In this document: piece by piece, positions 27,901-42,900 of the stretch | Layout of the letters: each line of letters starts with the position of its first letter | How positions within the stretch are numbered: the stretch's first letter is position 1 | Assembly (NCBI GenBank): GCA_965644265.1 | Contig: OZ286476.1 | Span: 55,924,001 to 55,988,000, forward strand | DNA from: Glycera tridactyla | Lineage: Eukaryota | Reading direction: 5' to 3' | DNA: 64,000 nt | Program-made: the position numbers and the translations under genes | The notes under the pieces: model-generated | Databases searched by the model: none | What the model was told of the DNA's origin: nothing | The model's input: the letters and a program-made list of their open reading frames with translations, nothing else

Positions 27901-30900
27901 TGACTGCTGTTTTTATTGGCAGCTGAGGCAGCTGAAGGCCAGGATGAGGAGGATAAAACAGGCAAGCAGATTCACTCTCACATATGATGTGACTCATCCC
28001 TCATTTGGTTCTGACCATTCCACCAATGGTGACTCACTTTTATGTTGTGCATGTGTGGAAAGAACATTCTTCCTGCTCCGTTCTTCAGAACCTTCTATCA
28101 GTTGCCTCGTAGGTCTCCAAGTCAATTCCACGTGACCCCTAATTTCATCTGAAAACTTCATTTTATAAATGATGCAAACATTTGACAAGGAATGTAAACA
28201 TCACTGCATATTTTATGATTCGGAAGGATAATTTATTCAAAATGAAATGGAAATTCCAATATGATAGTCCCATTCTTACTTCTCAACCTGCAACTGTTGG
28301 TCTTAAACATAATGCCAAATTCATGCATGAATAGCTTCCAAGTTTCTGCATGAACAGTGCCCTAAATACCCAGTCTTAAGTTTGCCTGACTGCATCTTGG
28401 TGATCTGTTGCTTATTGCATTTGAGCTGAAATCTCTTCATGAATTTTACATTCAGTTTTCTTGATTTGCATGAAATGTGAAGCGTGAGCAGTTGGCTCCC
28501 AATCATCCAGTTACCCCGTCTGGTCAGCCTGACAGTCAGTCAGTCAGTCAGTCAGTCAGTCAGTCAGTCAGTCAGTCAGTCTTCATGCACTATCATTCAC
28601 AATCAGTGGTGTTGATTGTGAAAGGCTAAAAACTTAAGTGATCAAATATGCATCTGATATGATGATAACAGTGATGATTATCAAGACTTCTTCATCCATG
28701 TATCACAGAGTTTGTTCAACCCTTTCAAACCTCAGCTGCAGCGTAGCCACTGTGACAAGACACCAGCTTCGTTTTCAGATGAGAATGAACCACAAAAACA
28801 TACATCTGAATACACCAAGGCTTGCTGGCTGCCACAAATCCATTTTGCTACTATGCTTCAGGAAACATGAAATGATTCTAACTATATCAAGATTCATGTT
28901 GATGAATATAACAGTTCTAATTATGTAATGATTTATGTTCGAATATTTATAGATAGCTTACCATTCAAATGAATAACAAACTTCATATAATATGTTTTCC
29001 TGCCATACAATTCGACAGCCCTCTGAAAAAGTGCCTGTATTAGGTTTGTGGTCTTGAGTTGATTTAACTGCCTATCAACTTAATATTGATTAATGAGATT
29101 ACTTGTTACATAAATTAAGCCAAAAAGATATTTACTCATATATTAGTCCCCTTCAGTTTGCTTGTATTTCTGTTGCAATGCATGTAATTATTTTGATGGG
29201 AAAATATGTTTTATTGTGGATATCTACCAGAAGATAACAAGGATGACGCAGACACAGGATTGAAGGAGAAAGTGGTGAAAAATCCACCACCAGCGCCGCC
29301 ACAGAAGTTGCTACGACACCCAACTATCATCCTAGCAGTGGAACTAGCAAGCGATATAGAGGATGAGGGATCACAACTTGATGGTGGGAAGACTAACAAG
29401 GATGAGAGTGAAGTGGGTGTTACTAATGACAATGACACTGGGAATTCCCATGATCAGAATGAGGCTGGGGCTTCTCTGGATCAAATGGAGACAGAGGAAG
29501 CCCCCGAGCAGGAAGCTGAGGCATCCTCCACACAGAATGATGCAGCTGACATTGAAGAAAAACCTGACCTTGATGACAAGGCTGACCTTGAAGAGAAGCC
29601 TGACATTGATGACAAGGCAGATGATGAGGATATAGACCAGATGGAAACTAGTGGTGCTGTGAATGTGGACAGTGATGCAAATGAGGAGGTGGAGGAGGTT
29701 GCTATTGAAAAGAATGCAGCCAGTGATGGAGATGCAGAGTGTGGTGACTAACTTACTAACCTTTTTCTGTTGACACCAGTCACCATCATCCTTCTCTGTA
29801 CAGAATCCCAGCTACCTAATTGTTTACCATTAGAAGTGGGAAAATGATTGTGAACATCATAGCCGGTGATGAATAATCCTGTGACGCATTATTCCAGGAT
29901 ATTTTCCATCATTTCTTTTGCAAAAATACTCCCAACCAACAAGGTCATGAGAAACTAGATTTCAGTAACATGAGTTGCTCATATAATTTCCTTCTTGGTG
30001 TTAGACTTTGCCGTTCAGGAATAATTTTATAATCCACCCAAAGTTAATACATGTAGATCAGAAAATGAAGTACAGCAAAGTTTGCTCTTGTCTCACAGCC
30101 AGGGAATGTTTCTTTCCTGTTCCCTCTCAGCAATCAAAGGTGCTGTGATGAGGACTGGCTGACATTGGTAGCTCAAACATTAGTAAGAACATTTACCCAG
30201 GTTGAAAAACATAGTGAATTTCAATGTATGAAAGAAACTAATGAGCTTTCTTCACATTAAGTTGAAATATGAGTAACACCATGCAGAAGCTCAGTTCTCC
30301 AATCAAATGTTGTTTTGTAGATCTACCGTAATTGTTGATGGATAAAATTGGTAGCTACATGCAGTAAGGTGTGATGTATAGTTACAGAGGAGGATGAATC
30401 ATGTACTGTAGAGTGAAGTACTCACAATATCACATTGTGTTTGAATTTGTGATGCATAACTAACAGAACACATTATTGTGAAGTAGTTTTGTCACGGGAG
30501 AAGGATGGAGCTTGGGCTGGTACAACCAGATAACTTCAGATGGTTATTTGGATCGTGCATACCGAAACAGCACATGTGGATTTCGGTAATGCAACACAGT
30601 ATGTGATGTCGAGAAACTGCACAACTTCATGGCATTTGTGTAGTACGCCCACGTGACGTAGCACCCCGCTGCTTCTCAGAGAGCCTGGAACACATCATAT
30701 AGCTGAGTAGGATCACAGTCAAGCTTGCTTGCAGATGTTGATTGCAACTTGAGGCAGCATTTAGCTGTAAACATGTGTGCGTGGATATTAGAAACATGAT
30801 TCACATCTCCTTCAACTGCTCCCACATCCTGTCTCACTTCTCTTGTTTCTCTTCTACTCTCTGTACCCTGTTGATATTTGCCATCTTGCAGCAGATTGTT

Positions 30901-33900
30901 GTGTTAATGGATGATGACTCAAAACTTATTCTCTGTTCATGGTGACTTTCATCGTGACTTTCATGTTTCAACTTTTCTCATTTTCTGATGAATTTCATGA
31001 TGGATGTTTTCATCTTTGTTCAGAGGTCTCAGTGAACTAAAAGACAGACTGTTGAATTGAATTTTTTGGCTGGTTACAGAAGTCATCAGTCAAGCAGCCA
31101 TAGGCCCAAGCTTTGCAGAATGATCAGTCATTTTCCTGGGTATCATTTTGTGAACTATGGGTTAACCAATACATAATGAATCTATACTTGAAACCTTATT
31201 TTGTTACACACTTCAGATGTCCTGAATTCTAGTATACCCATGGATATGTCTATGGAATGTTGAAGAATGTAATTTTGCTTTAGAGGAGGAGATGGTTCTT
31301 CAAATAAATGTAAATTGAGCAATTCATCAAACAGAAATCAGTTCATTAATTCTCTCATTTGGTGGTTAGTTTTTTTGGTTGGTTCTTTCAGTCATCCATT
31401 TATCCAAACACATCACCTATTCCTTCAGCAAGTGATACTTGGGATAGAATTCAGATTAATTTCCAATTCAGGCAGTACTTTCCAATCCCAGATAATCACT
31501 TATCTTCTAGCACAATAGTTGTGTTGATGTTAATATAGATGGACTATAGTCTTCTCACAAGGCACGAGCGATACGAGTTTGGCTTGGCTCCTTATTAAGT
31601 TGGACTCATGCTAGGCATCAAGTTACTAACCATGTCCTACAGCTAACAGCAGAAAAAGTCGGCCAAAGCAGTGGACCATGTTTTGAATGTCGTCATAATC
31701 GATAACTTATGCAGTCAAAGCCATCTCAATAAACTGCTCTTTGCCGAACTTACCTCTATAAATAAGGAGTGTCAGTACTAAATTAGTTCATGACATGTAA
31801 TACTATCGCAGCCATCTTTTGGGACTGGATTTTGTAAGCATTTAAACTGTCAGCTACCTCCACTTGACAAACTTTCAGGTTCCCCATCATATGGTGTTCA
31901 GGGTGGTGTAAGTGATGCATGCAGCAGACAGAACATCTAGCTTTCACTGACCATTAAATTCTGCTATGAAGCTAGTACAATTTGGACACTTATCTGCCAG
32001 GTTGTGGTATGTGTATTTCAAATGGAGATTATAGTCATCCAACTGTGGTAGCTTCCTGTAACTTCACGTAGCTGTGGCCTGCACCTTAGTTGACTGTGAA
32101 TTGTAAAACCATCAATTTTTGTAGCATTTGTCAATTCCATATGAGTTTTCACCATCTATCATGAAATCAGTTATAAAGAATACTGGCAGTGATAGAAAAT
32201 GTGGTCGAAATGTTGATAGTAATAATATTGATGGGTATGTGCTAGTAGTATATGTAGCGATAAATGTGACAATATTCACAAGATGATTGCCCAACACATA
32301 ATCATTACATCAGTTCCAATATTTTTCAAGTGTTTTCCAGTAGGGTGCAGATAAAAAAGAAATATGGATGTCAAACAGAATAGGGGGCAATGGAATGTGA
32401 TTTGGCCAGGCAGACACAGTGATAGATGTTTTGAATTGCACAAGGGGTAGGTAAATAACGTGCCTCCTCAGAAAAACTTCCATTTAGTACATGATAAAAT
32501 TTTAGGTAGCAGACCATCAGATTGGTGGACAGGTGGGTGGGTCTTTGTAGCCCATGAATATGGATATCATGGGCCACATATCAAAATGATACGCTTTTCT
32601 CTAAGTGAATATCATAACAAAAATGTGCCTGCTGACCATAAGTCAGTGATTTTGGTGACTGTAAAAGGCAAAAAGGGGTTCACCAAAATCGGAAGATCAT
32701 TTGAGAATTCTCTGATGTCCATGACAGGAGCTAGGAATCAGAAAAGAACTCCAGGTTTCAGTGACTCTAGCAGCCACATGAATAAAGTTGACTTTTGTAA
32801 TAGGCTGGAATATGCTCAGGTAATTATGATAATGCTTCTAGTAGAAGGTCTCAAAAGTACAAAAGTAAGAGTTTGTTCATTATGGAAGCAGTGATTCTGT
32901 TATACTCTTCTTGAGCTTTTGATATTCGGTGAGATGATTTCTGCAATTCTTATAACCTACAAGTTTGTTTCAGGCAGTCATTTCGGAGCATGATGGATGT
33001 AGCAGGAAATGTACATGATTGGCTTGCTGAGATTGACTAGTAACATAATGTCAAATAACCTTTCTAGTCATCAAAATGGACATCGGAACCACTGTGCAGT
33101 TCTCCTCACAAGGTGTCAGGGTTGTTGTGAGGGGCTCAACCTGTTTGTCTAGTTGCAATATCAGCATGGGAGTTCATTTTTGATAACTTCATTCTACAGG
33201 TCGAGGATCACGAGCAAGCTTTGGATCAAGAATGGGCGTCAACTCTGTGGCCTCAACAGAACTACCTGGGTAGGTATCACATCAAGGTACAAGGTTGCAT
33301 CCAGAGCGGGGCATTGGGGCATTTCACTCATTCTGATGAGCATGGACCCCATTTCAAGGCAAATTGGGCCACTTTGCCTCGAAATCAGCAAGTTAGTCTA
33401 CACGGTGTGAACTCATTTTGAAAGACTTTGTGGTGAGATGCACCCTTTAAGTACCCTTTAATCAAACTCTAGTCGGCAAATGCCCCCCAATTCTGGATTG
33501 ATTGATTGATTGTTTGAGGTTTAACGGCATGTATCAACCCACAGGATTATTTATGCCGTGTGTTCCTGCTTAATGAAAGCTAGATGTTCTCTCCCCTGCA
33601 GACATCACTCTCACAAACCCTGAACACAAGATGATGGGGAACCTGAAAGGTTGTCAAGTGGAAGTAGCTGACAGTTCAAACACACCTCTACCTAATCTGA
33701 ACCTATACACAATAAACCTAGGATGGCATATCTAACTATATAGCTGGCTGGAAGCTGTCACTCAAGCCTGATAGCAATGCTTTTTTTCTGTGCAAAGCGC
33801 AGCACTTGACACATGGAAAAGCATTAGGTTAGGAGAATACTCAACCTAAGTGTTCAATTACAAACTGCCAACTTCAAACCAGCTTTACAATATTTTTTTG

Positions 33901-36900
33901 CCCTATACTCGCAGTACGATGCCATCACACATCCTAGTAACCTAGTCATCAGCCCTAGTAACCCAGAACTGGTGTGCTTGGTACCCGCTTTTTGCATAGT
34001 GACAATATCTGCAACAGGCAAACCGTCAGCTCCCCAATTCTGGAAATCAAGATCACATCAATCAAAGTCCTTACAAAGATTGGCCATGAGTTAATTGAGT
34101 TACATCTCAGACGTTTAATTCTTTCTGAGCTTGTAGTATAAATTAATTTTTGGAATTGTGGACAGCTGGATGATGAGNNNNNNNNNNNNNNNNNNNNNNN
34201 NNNNNNNNNNNNNNNNNNNNNNNNNNNNNNNNNNNNNNNNNNNNNNNNNNNNNNNNNNNNNNNNNNNNNNNNNNNNNNNNNNNNNNNNNNNNNNNNNNNN
34301 NNNNNNNNNNNNNNNNNNNNNNNNNNNNNNNNNNNNNNNNNNNNNNNNNNNNNNNNNNNNNNNNNNNGTCTGTCTATCTTCATGTCTGTCTTTCTCCACC
34401 GACCAGCATCATTCATGTGTGCGTGCGTGCATGCATGTTGGGGATAGAAGGTCATGTTATGAATTTTTGCCACTGACTTTCACAATCCTAATTCCTCTTC
34501 CAGATCTCCTGATGTCACAGAAGTGGTTAAAGCACCATCGTAAGTAAACCTTTCAGTAGACAGAGCAGTACATTTATTTGCCATGAGATTGCCTTTATGA
34601 TGTATTCTACATATTTTGATAATACATGTATACGAAACCTGTTTCATGGTATAAATGAGGAATTGGGTTCTTGGAGGTTTTTTTCATGTACAGTCAAACT
34701 TGTCCTAAGCATGAAGCCAAGAGATGTGATAGAACTGTGAGCTTAGAGCAAGTTCATGCTTAGTACTGGTCAATTATATTGAAAAATACTCTGGTGGGAT
34801 GAACAGAACATGTTGCTTGGGGCAAGTTCTTGCTTAGGCAAGTCTTGCTTAGGAGGAGTTTGACTGTATTTGAAAACCTTTTCTCCAATATGATTTAAGT
34901 AATAGTACTAAAGCAATTACGTGGTAATGTACATTGAAACCTGTGATGAGGAACCACCCAGAATGTCACTGAAAATTGTTTCAAAAGAGGTATTCTCTAT
35001 ATCTGGCTTTAGTTTGGGGTGGCCTAATTGGTGGCTCTCATGTAACAGGTTTCACTTTCATCATGCATATTTCTTTTTTTCCCCTCTGAATGATGTCAAG
35101 TGGATATATGATGGTGCTAATTAGATATTTTTCTTATCTCGATCATGCAATAGGCATATTTCAATTAGAAACTCACCATAATCCCCAAGAAAGATGAAGA
35201 TATCCTCAGTGGCTGAGAACCTGCTTAATATTTCACACTTGTCCAGCGTCTTGCGGTGGCCACATGTTCAAAAGCCCTTGTTATATTGTTTGATAAGGTG
35301 ATGATCAACATCCTACAGAAAATATCCACAGAACTCAATTCCCATCCCCTCAAAGAAAGTTTCATAGCATCTTGCAAGTACAATTTGGTCCACTTTTGCC
35401 AGTAGCAGGGGCACAGGAACTTTTTTCATACTCTGCCATTTTGATTTTCCGTGTTGTGTGACATCGGAGTGGCATTATGTTTTCGAATCGACTCTGGTGT
35501 AGGTGGGTAGGTGGGTGAATGATGAGTTCTGAAAGATATCTCAAAAACGCTCAAGGCTAGCCCTCTCAAACTTGATCTATGAACTCTCCTACTCTATGGC
35601 AAGACACCTATTGATTTTGGCGTGGCCATCTTGAATTTCAAGGTCACTGAGTGCAAATAGGTCAAAACGCTTAACAGACAATAACTTCAGCAGTTTCAAG
35701 GGTAGCCCTCTCAAGCTTGGTGTACAGAGGCATCTAAAGATTTTGGGGTGGCCATATTGACTTCCAAGGTGTGAACATGTATTAGTTTTGTTCATATATT
35801 TCACTTCTCTTATTTGCGCTTCCTGTGACAAGCATGCACTCAGCATGGCATTTGCACTCACTGAGTGCATCCAGTTTATGTCAGGTCAGCCCTTACTTTC
35901 CCAGCAGTCAGACCAAGTTGGCCCCTCATCTTGAGAGGCTGGATGCAGCTCTGTAGGCTCACCCAATTCCTCTTATGTCAGATGTCTTTATTTGATTTTG
36001 AGATTGCTGAAGAGGTACATTCTGTTTGCAAAGTATGTAGCCCACCCAATATTTCAATGTTAGTTCGATTTGCTCACAGGTTCATTGAAGTTGCATTAAA
36101 TTTGACTGAATAACAACAAACTTGAACTGACATAGCCAGGAAAGTCAAGTGACACACATATTGCAAAATAGATAATACTCTGCCAACAAAATGAATGTTA
36201 ATGTCATGGTTGTGAAAGACAGGTTAATATACTGACCAGGGATCACAACCCATTACCCATTACTTATCAGTCTTTTCATTGATTGTGATATTCAGCACTT
36301 ATATTGCGTGAATGAAGTGATGGTCCTTATTTTGGAGTGATTGTTTTGAGGGAGTTAGTCACAACTTTCCATTGAATATACGACACAAAATTCAGTGGGT
36401 GATATCTCACTGAAATTGATGCATTTGAGGTATGCTTTCAATACCTGGATAGCTGAGGTCAATGATGATTCACTATGTATTGTGATACAGGAGACGGATG
36501 ATGGCAGTAAGTCTGGGGTCATTCAGACCAGAATCAAGGTCGGCAAGGTCAGACTGGTCAGATAGGTCAAACATCACTCTTCCTATGACCCTAGATACCA
36601 TGAGTCTCTCCCGACAGTCATCAAGGGCGTTCTCCATGCGCTCGATTGCTTCCTACTCACCGAGGTCGTTCACGGCTACAACAATCGATACACCAAGGTC
36701 ACTGCGTTCTTGGCGCACTGAGTCAATAACCTCTGCAATTTCTCGAGCTCGTGCACCAAGAATCCTCAAAGCTCTTGGTCCTCATTTAAGTTCAGCTTCC
36801 CGGCCTCGATTTGTCATTTCATCACCCAAATCAAGTGCAGGCTCGTCACGAAGAACCTTGTCTCCATTCAAAGTTCCTCGCATTCTGGTGGAGGAGTAAG

Positions 36901-39900
36901 TCGTGTTAGTTGCGAGTGATCCATGTCCACTAATTACTGACTTGTTTTTCCTCACTCTACTGCATACTACTCCCTGATTCTCTTGATGTTGGTGAATGAT
37001 GATAGAATTGAGTTTATGTTTGTCCATCGGTTGAATACTCAAAGGCTGAAGCAGGCATATGATTATTCCATCTATTTGCTGATTTCCGTGTTTTGATCAC
37101 ATAAGAATTGAGCAATACATAGGCCAGGAAAGAGCATTTCATGCTGATTATTCTGGATTTCAGATCGTGAGCATCAGATCAGAATTGGTCAAAATGGATC
37201 TCAATTTTTTTTTTAATTGAGTCATACTAGCTATGAGTTAGCATTTGCCGCGAACCTTGGAACATCAAATCTTTGTGAGTAGTGCTGCCTACACGATTTT
37301 CAGGGTTTTTGTCTGTGGGCCAATCACATCCCTGGACTGAGGCTTCGATCTTATGGCTAGAAGATATTTCAAGGGTTATTGCTCCAGCATACTCATTGCT
37401 AACTTGTGACGTCATGAGTATGTCATGATTTTGGAGGTATCAAGCTCTGAATGCAGTCAAACCTGTCCTGAGCATGCAGCGAAGAGAAGACACAAAAGTG
37501 CATGCTTAGAGAAGGTGCATGCTTAGTAGAGGGGAATTAAAGTGGAAATACTCTGGTTAAAATCAGGGTGGTGATTCAAGGAAGGTCCTCTCTCATAAAG
37601 TGTATGCTTAGGATAGGCTCTGTACTGTGATAAATGTGTTTATGAGAAAGAAGTGAATCGATTTCCACTGTGAGTGTCCCTTTGCTGCTGAAGATTAGAC
37701 ATTAGTTTTAGCAAAATCTGCTATGAGGGACTTTGCTCTTGCACAGTGACGTTATTCATCTTGTTGAGATGAGGTTCACGGTAACCACTGTTGGTTGAGA
37801 AAGTTGGATCTTTCAGAATCCATCCAAACTCTTTCATCAGTTAGTGGCTTCTGTGATGAGTTGCTAGGTTTTTCATATGCATTCAACAGACCTAACATAT
37901 GTATAAAGCTAAATGCCAAGGTCATCCAACTGCTATACTCCTTCTCATCCTTCATTCCCATCGTTATCAGTGTCATGGCAATGAATGTTGATGATGGTAG
38001 CTGTACCAGCATCATTAGTTTCAGCATCTTCTGGAATTGAAAAGTGGCTGTAGGTGGGTGGTCTTTAGAGATTGTTTACTGCAGGTGTTGTTACTTTGAG
38101 GTGATTCCCCATACAATTGGCATAGTAGAGATCTCCCTTTCAATCCCCTTCACAAGTTGAAATGATATGAAAATCACAGACACTCAGTGTCATTCAGTTT
38201 CAGGGAAAATGAAGCAGGCCATTCCGATGACATATGAGAGCATATCATGCTGATTATTGAGGTGCTTAGATGATTCAACATGTCAGCCATCCTGCATACT
38301 ATTAGTTGGCAATCATGAGGGTTCGCATTGTCTTTGAGAACCTTTTTGAAACACCACCTTCAAGCAATTTCCAGGATTTGGGGTTAAGGGATGTGAATGT
38401 TCTTGCTTACAAATGCAGCATACCATGCATAGGTCAGAAAGAGAGCATTTTATGCTGATAATTTCAGCTTTTGGATAATGAAAATTGGACCAGTATCAGT
38501 GGAGATGGAGCACAGGGTTTGTATTGAGTTATAGTCGTCATCACTTTGCTATTGTTAGGGTTTGTTGATCCAAAATGTCTTGGTGAGCGGTAACTTTGGG
38601 CAGGTTTTCGTTGTTATGGGGTTGTGAGCCATTCACATCCTCAGGGATTAGAAGCCCTCATATTCCATTTGGAAAATCTTGAGAAAATTGGCTCAAGTTG
38701 GAAATCATCACACCATTCTTATGTGCTACTCCAAGATGGATAATCAGCCAGTTTCTTGCCATCTGCTGTTGATGATAACCACAGGTAGCTTTTGCATCTG
38801 TTTTCTGGAAAATAACTTTTTTTTCTGTGAGAATCTCATCTGCTCATTTCAGCTTCATAATTCCACCCTCTGCACCTTATGAATGTCAACTTCTCTAGCA
38901 CTTGTTTGATCTCAATGATATATTAACAGAGATTGCTCTTCATGTTTTTCCTATGCTTTCATTGTGCATTTTGGCCCCTATTGTAAGTATACTTGATACC
39001 ATCCATCTGTACAATTGCATTAGGTTTACCATTTTCTGATACAAATGCACAATAATGATGTCACCACTCTGACTCACATCTAATTCATCCATTTTATATG
39101 GTCAGCCCAGGGACATGAGAGTAAATGTGAGACTGGGATAAATATGCCCTTATAAGCTGTCATCAATTGAATTGTGTGAATGGGAACTGTTCAATACATT
39201 GTCAGTTTCATAGGCTCATTATCCATGTTTTAGATACATGTAGTGGATAAACTTGAAAGGTTGATTTGAACGATGATTTAATAAAACTAAATATCCTGCT
39301 GTATATCAATGTTTTCCAGGGACTTTGTAGTCATTTCAATTCTATTAGGCAATGTTGATTGAGTAATGTTTGAATTCTATTCAATCCAGCTTGATTACAT
39401 AAGACTGAAAATTGTAGGAGACAATGGTCTGGTCTTTTATACAATGACAGAAATTTTGAAAATATTGGAATCATATTTTAAAATGGATAATAACAAGATG
39501 GGTTTACAGGTGAATGGAAGGTTCATTGCTTTCTAGGAAAGTGTGTACGGTGTGGGATGGGATAAACATATCTGTCGATACAAATCACAACTTGAGTGAT
39601 GATTTCTCATATGATTTTAGGCGTAAAATCATCCCAACCAATGCTGCCTTGTACAACATCTACAGTGAAGCAGGCAGCAGTCAGGGTGACCGGGAGACAA
39701 GGATCTCAGGCATTCTTGATGAAGAGTTGCCTCCAAGTACTACCACACAAGAAAATGCAGGAGGTAAATCATTTACCTTTCTCAATGAGTGGGTGGTTGT
39801 CATGCATATTTCATCAATCTGAAATGATTTTTGTGGTACCTGTATCCAGTCTGATGTGTCAAATAATACAACCCATTTTGGAAATTGAGAAAATGGGCAA

Positions 39901-42900
39901 TTAGATCAATTCAATCGACTTATCATCTCATTTTGGTTGCTGATTACCCAACAATGCAGCTTTTTCAAACCGTTTCATGGCTCATATGAAATAGTCCCCT
40001 CATGTTTTAAGGATTAGGATCTTGTGAAATCACATGACAGGATCATCAAGTGGAACATGGTTCATTTTATTCAATCCCCATGTGTTTTTGCTGAGTGAAA
40101 ATAATGCCCTCAGTGGGTGTATGAATACAAAAACTACTAATGTTATGCTCCTCCTCCAAGTAAACTGACACAACCCAGTAAATCTAGATGTGGAGTTATC
40201 CAATGAGAGAGAGACAGAGCAGTTTGATTGTGAACATCAAATGTAGTATGCTGGGTGCAAATGCAAGCGTCAATTCTCCAACATGTGTCTTGGCGCTCTT
40301 TCATCACAGGTTTTACTGTACAAACCTGCTTACTTGATTGTGATGTTCTGCGGCCACAGTTGTTACATTTGCATACCTGTGTACATGGAAGACATTCATG
40401 GTTCTTCATATACATGTATCACAGGAAGAAAACTGAGTACAGGTAAATCATTCATAGATTAACTCTACCAAGTGGTTTCTTGAGACAGGTGGTTGCTAAA
40501 CACAGTGGTTGTTTGATACAGGTAATATATACCACGAATAGCGCTAGCTACGGTTGAATATAAGGGTGTTGAATATAACTCGTCAGGACCACTGGTGCAC
40601 GCACCTACGTCACTGCATAGTCACGTGACTCGCTATTGTCTTCTCTACCATGGACACATTCCATGCAGCGCGATACGCAGGCGGCTAAACTGTCTGTAAA
40701 ATGATTCATAGTTCACTCATTTTTTCATTGCATGTCACGAATCTGAGTCCAACAAACACACAAAATATATTGTTTGATTCCGCATGATCTGCCCTGTTCA
40801 ACAAGACAACTTTCAGATCCCTAGCTCATTTGGAGTGAAATTCTACCTATAGTGTATTCAGGATGAGTTGGCAGCTGGCAGGAGGGGCTCCATATGTACG
40901 AATGAGCTGCCAACTCATCCTGAATACACAGTATTTGTTCATGTTTTTTATTCATTGTAACTTCCGTATGGTTCATACAAGGGGTTCTTGATTGGATAAA
41001 TGGAATCAACAAATAGACTGAATTCCATTCAGATGAACTTACAGCCATCAATTACCATGATGAATCGGAGTATATTGTCAGTATAATCCACTCGGCCTTC
41101 GGCCTCGTGAATTATACTGACAATACACACCTCGTGGTGTATAACTTGTCAGGACAACACCCCATGATTTCTTGCTATAGAAGCAGACAGTGTAGATTAT
41201 TTTAATTTCTGTGATTAGCAGATGAAAAATCAGAGGAGGAGACAAAGAGTATGGCTGGCGTGGCGAGTGTGCCAGATACAGGCATGGGTACGGACATCGA
41301 GTCGGAGGCTTCACGTACTGGCTCCATACAGGTAAGACATATACAGGGAAACCTGCCACCAGAGACCACCCTGAATGTCACCAACAAATGGTGTCTCATC
41401 AGTGGTATATATGACTATGTCAAATAGAAAAGCTGCCTTAAAAAAAGTGGTCTCCCTTCAGAGGTGGTCTCTGGTCGGGGGTCTGATGTTGCAGGTTTCA
41501 CTGAATTCACCATTCACTAGACCTTTTCAAATCTATCTCATTACAATTTCAGCCCCTTCCACATCTGCATTCAGTTTTCTTTTATCTTGGAGGACATAGA
41601 TGATGAGCAGAATATATCCAGAGTTGGTGATTGTTTCACTATCCCCTGCTGCCCATGGAGTGATATAGCAAGAAGTACCAGCCGCAGGCCAAGAGACTGC
41701 CAACGGCCGGAGTCGCACCAAGTGGGGAAAAACAAGCCAATCATGCCCAGCTGGTGCTTCTTGCTTTTCTCTCACGACTATATTGACATAAAACATTATA
41801 AGGAAATGGAAAGCAAATACTTTCCTGTTTACCAGCATTCAACCAGTGTTGAGTGCTGAATTTGCTGGTTATGTAGGGTAACTTCACCATAGCAATGATT
41901 GTTTCAGTGACGTCACAATGCACGGAACACAGCAGGGAATGATCGCTGCGATCACACACTCCCCGATCATTCCCTGCAAATGGCACTGAGAGAAAGCCTT
42001 TTCTCGTCTGTCGGGAATTTTCCATTCTGATAGAACTTCCGGGAGTATCTCCTGAGTAGTTCATGTTTCAAGTGTATAGACTTGCCTGTCTGAAAAATTC
42101 TTCTGCATCCAAGAATTTGATTAGGTTATCCCAAAGCATGGATGTGACAAGTCAGCGAGTTATGATTCTGGTCTGAGTATAGCGACATTTCAAATATTTC
42201 AAGTACCGAGCCGTCACAGTTTTGTTGCAAAGGTTTTCTTGGTCATCACAGGAGAATCCCATAGTGAAATATGATACAGGAAGATGAAGCCAGATGTTAA
42301 ATGTGAAATGGTACGTCGATTACAATGGTGTTGATTGAAAGATATAGTTTAAAGAGGGAAATAGAGAAAATTCTTCCTGAAAATGGCCAGCTTCTTTGCA
42401 GATGATTACTCTTCACATGTTTCAATGTATCAGTATCAATACTACTAGAAGTGTATTGATATTTCTTTGATCGACACACAAGTCATCAGATATTGTTTTA
42501 CATTTATCTCACAAGGAAATAATGGTGGATAAACATAAAAACACTGTCTGGAATGGAGGGGGTTGGTAGCTTTGTATTTGTCAATGCTCTGATGTATTTG
42601 ACAGAAACTCTACTGTCTTTTTCTCTGGGGTTTTTTTCAATACAGGGCTGTACTTCTCCAATAAGGCCTCATCCACCCATGTACAGGAGATATGTATGTT
42701 TTGAACTGTCGAAGATTATGTTACTAACAGTTTTGGCTGGGAGGTTTTAGCTATCTAGCTGTTGGGAATTACGTCATCTGTGATATCTTTGTTGTTATCT
42801 GTTAAGCGGAAAAAGACAGTAGTTATAAAGGAGGAAGCGGAGGAGATGATCATTGAAGAGATGTATGGAGATGAGGAGCAAGGAGATAATGTAAGGTGGC

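Noticed and set aside
32460-32894. 144-aa + strand ORF (also the 147-aa ORF 4872-5315)
   Set aside because: No splice-compatible ends, no recognisable domain; the second includes a microsatellite.
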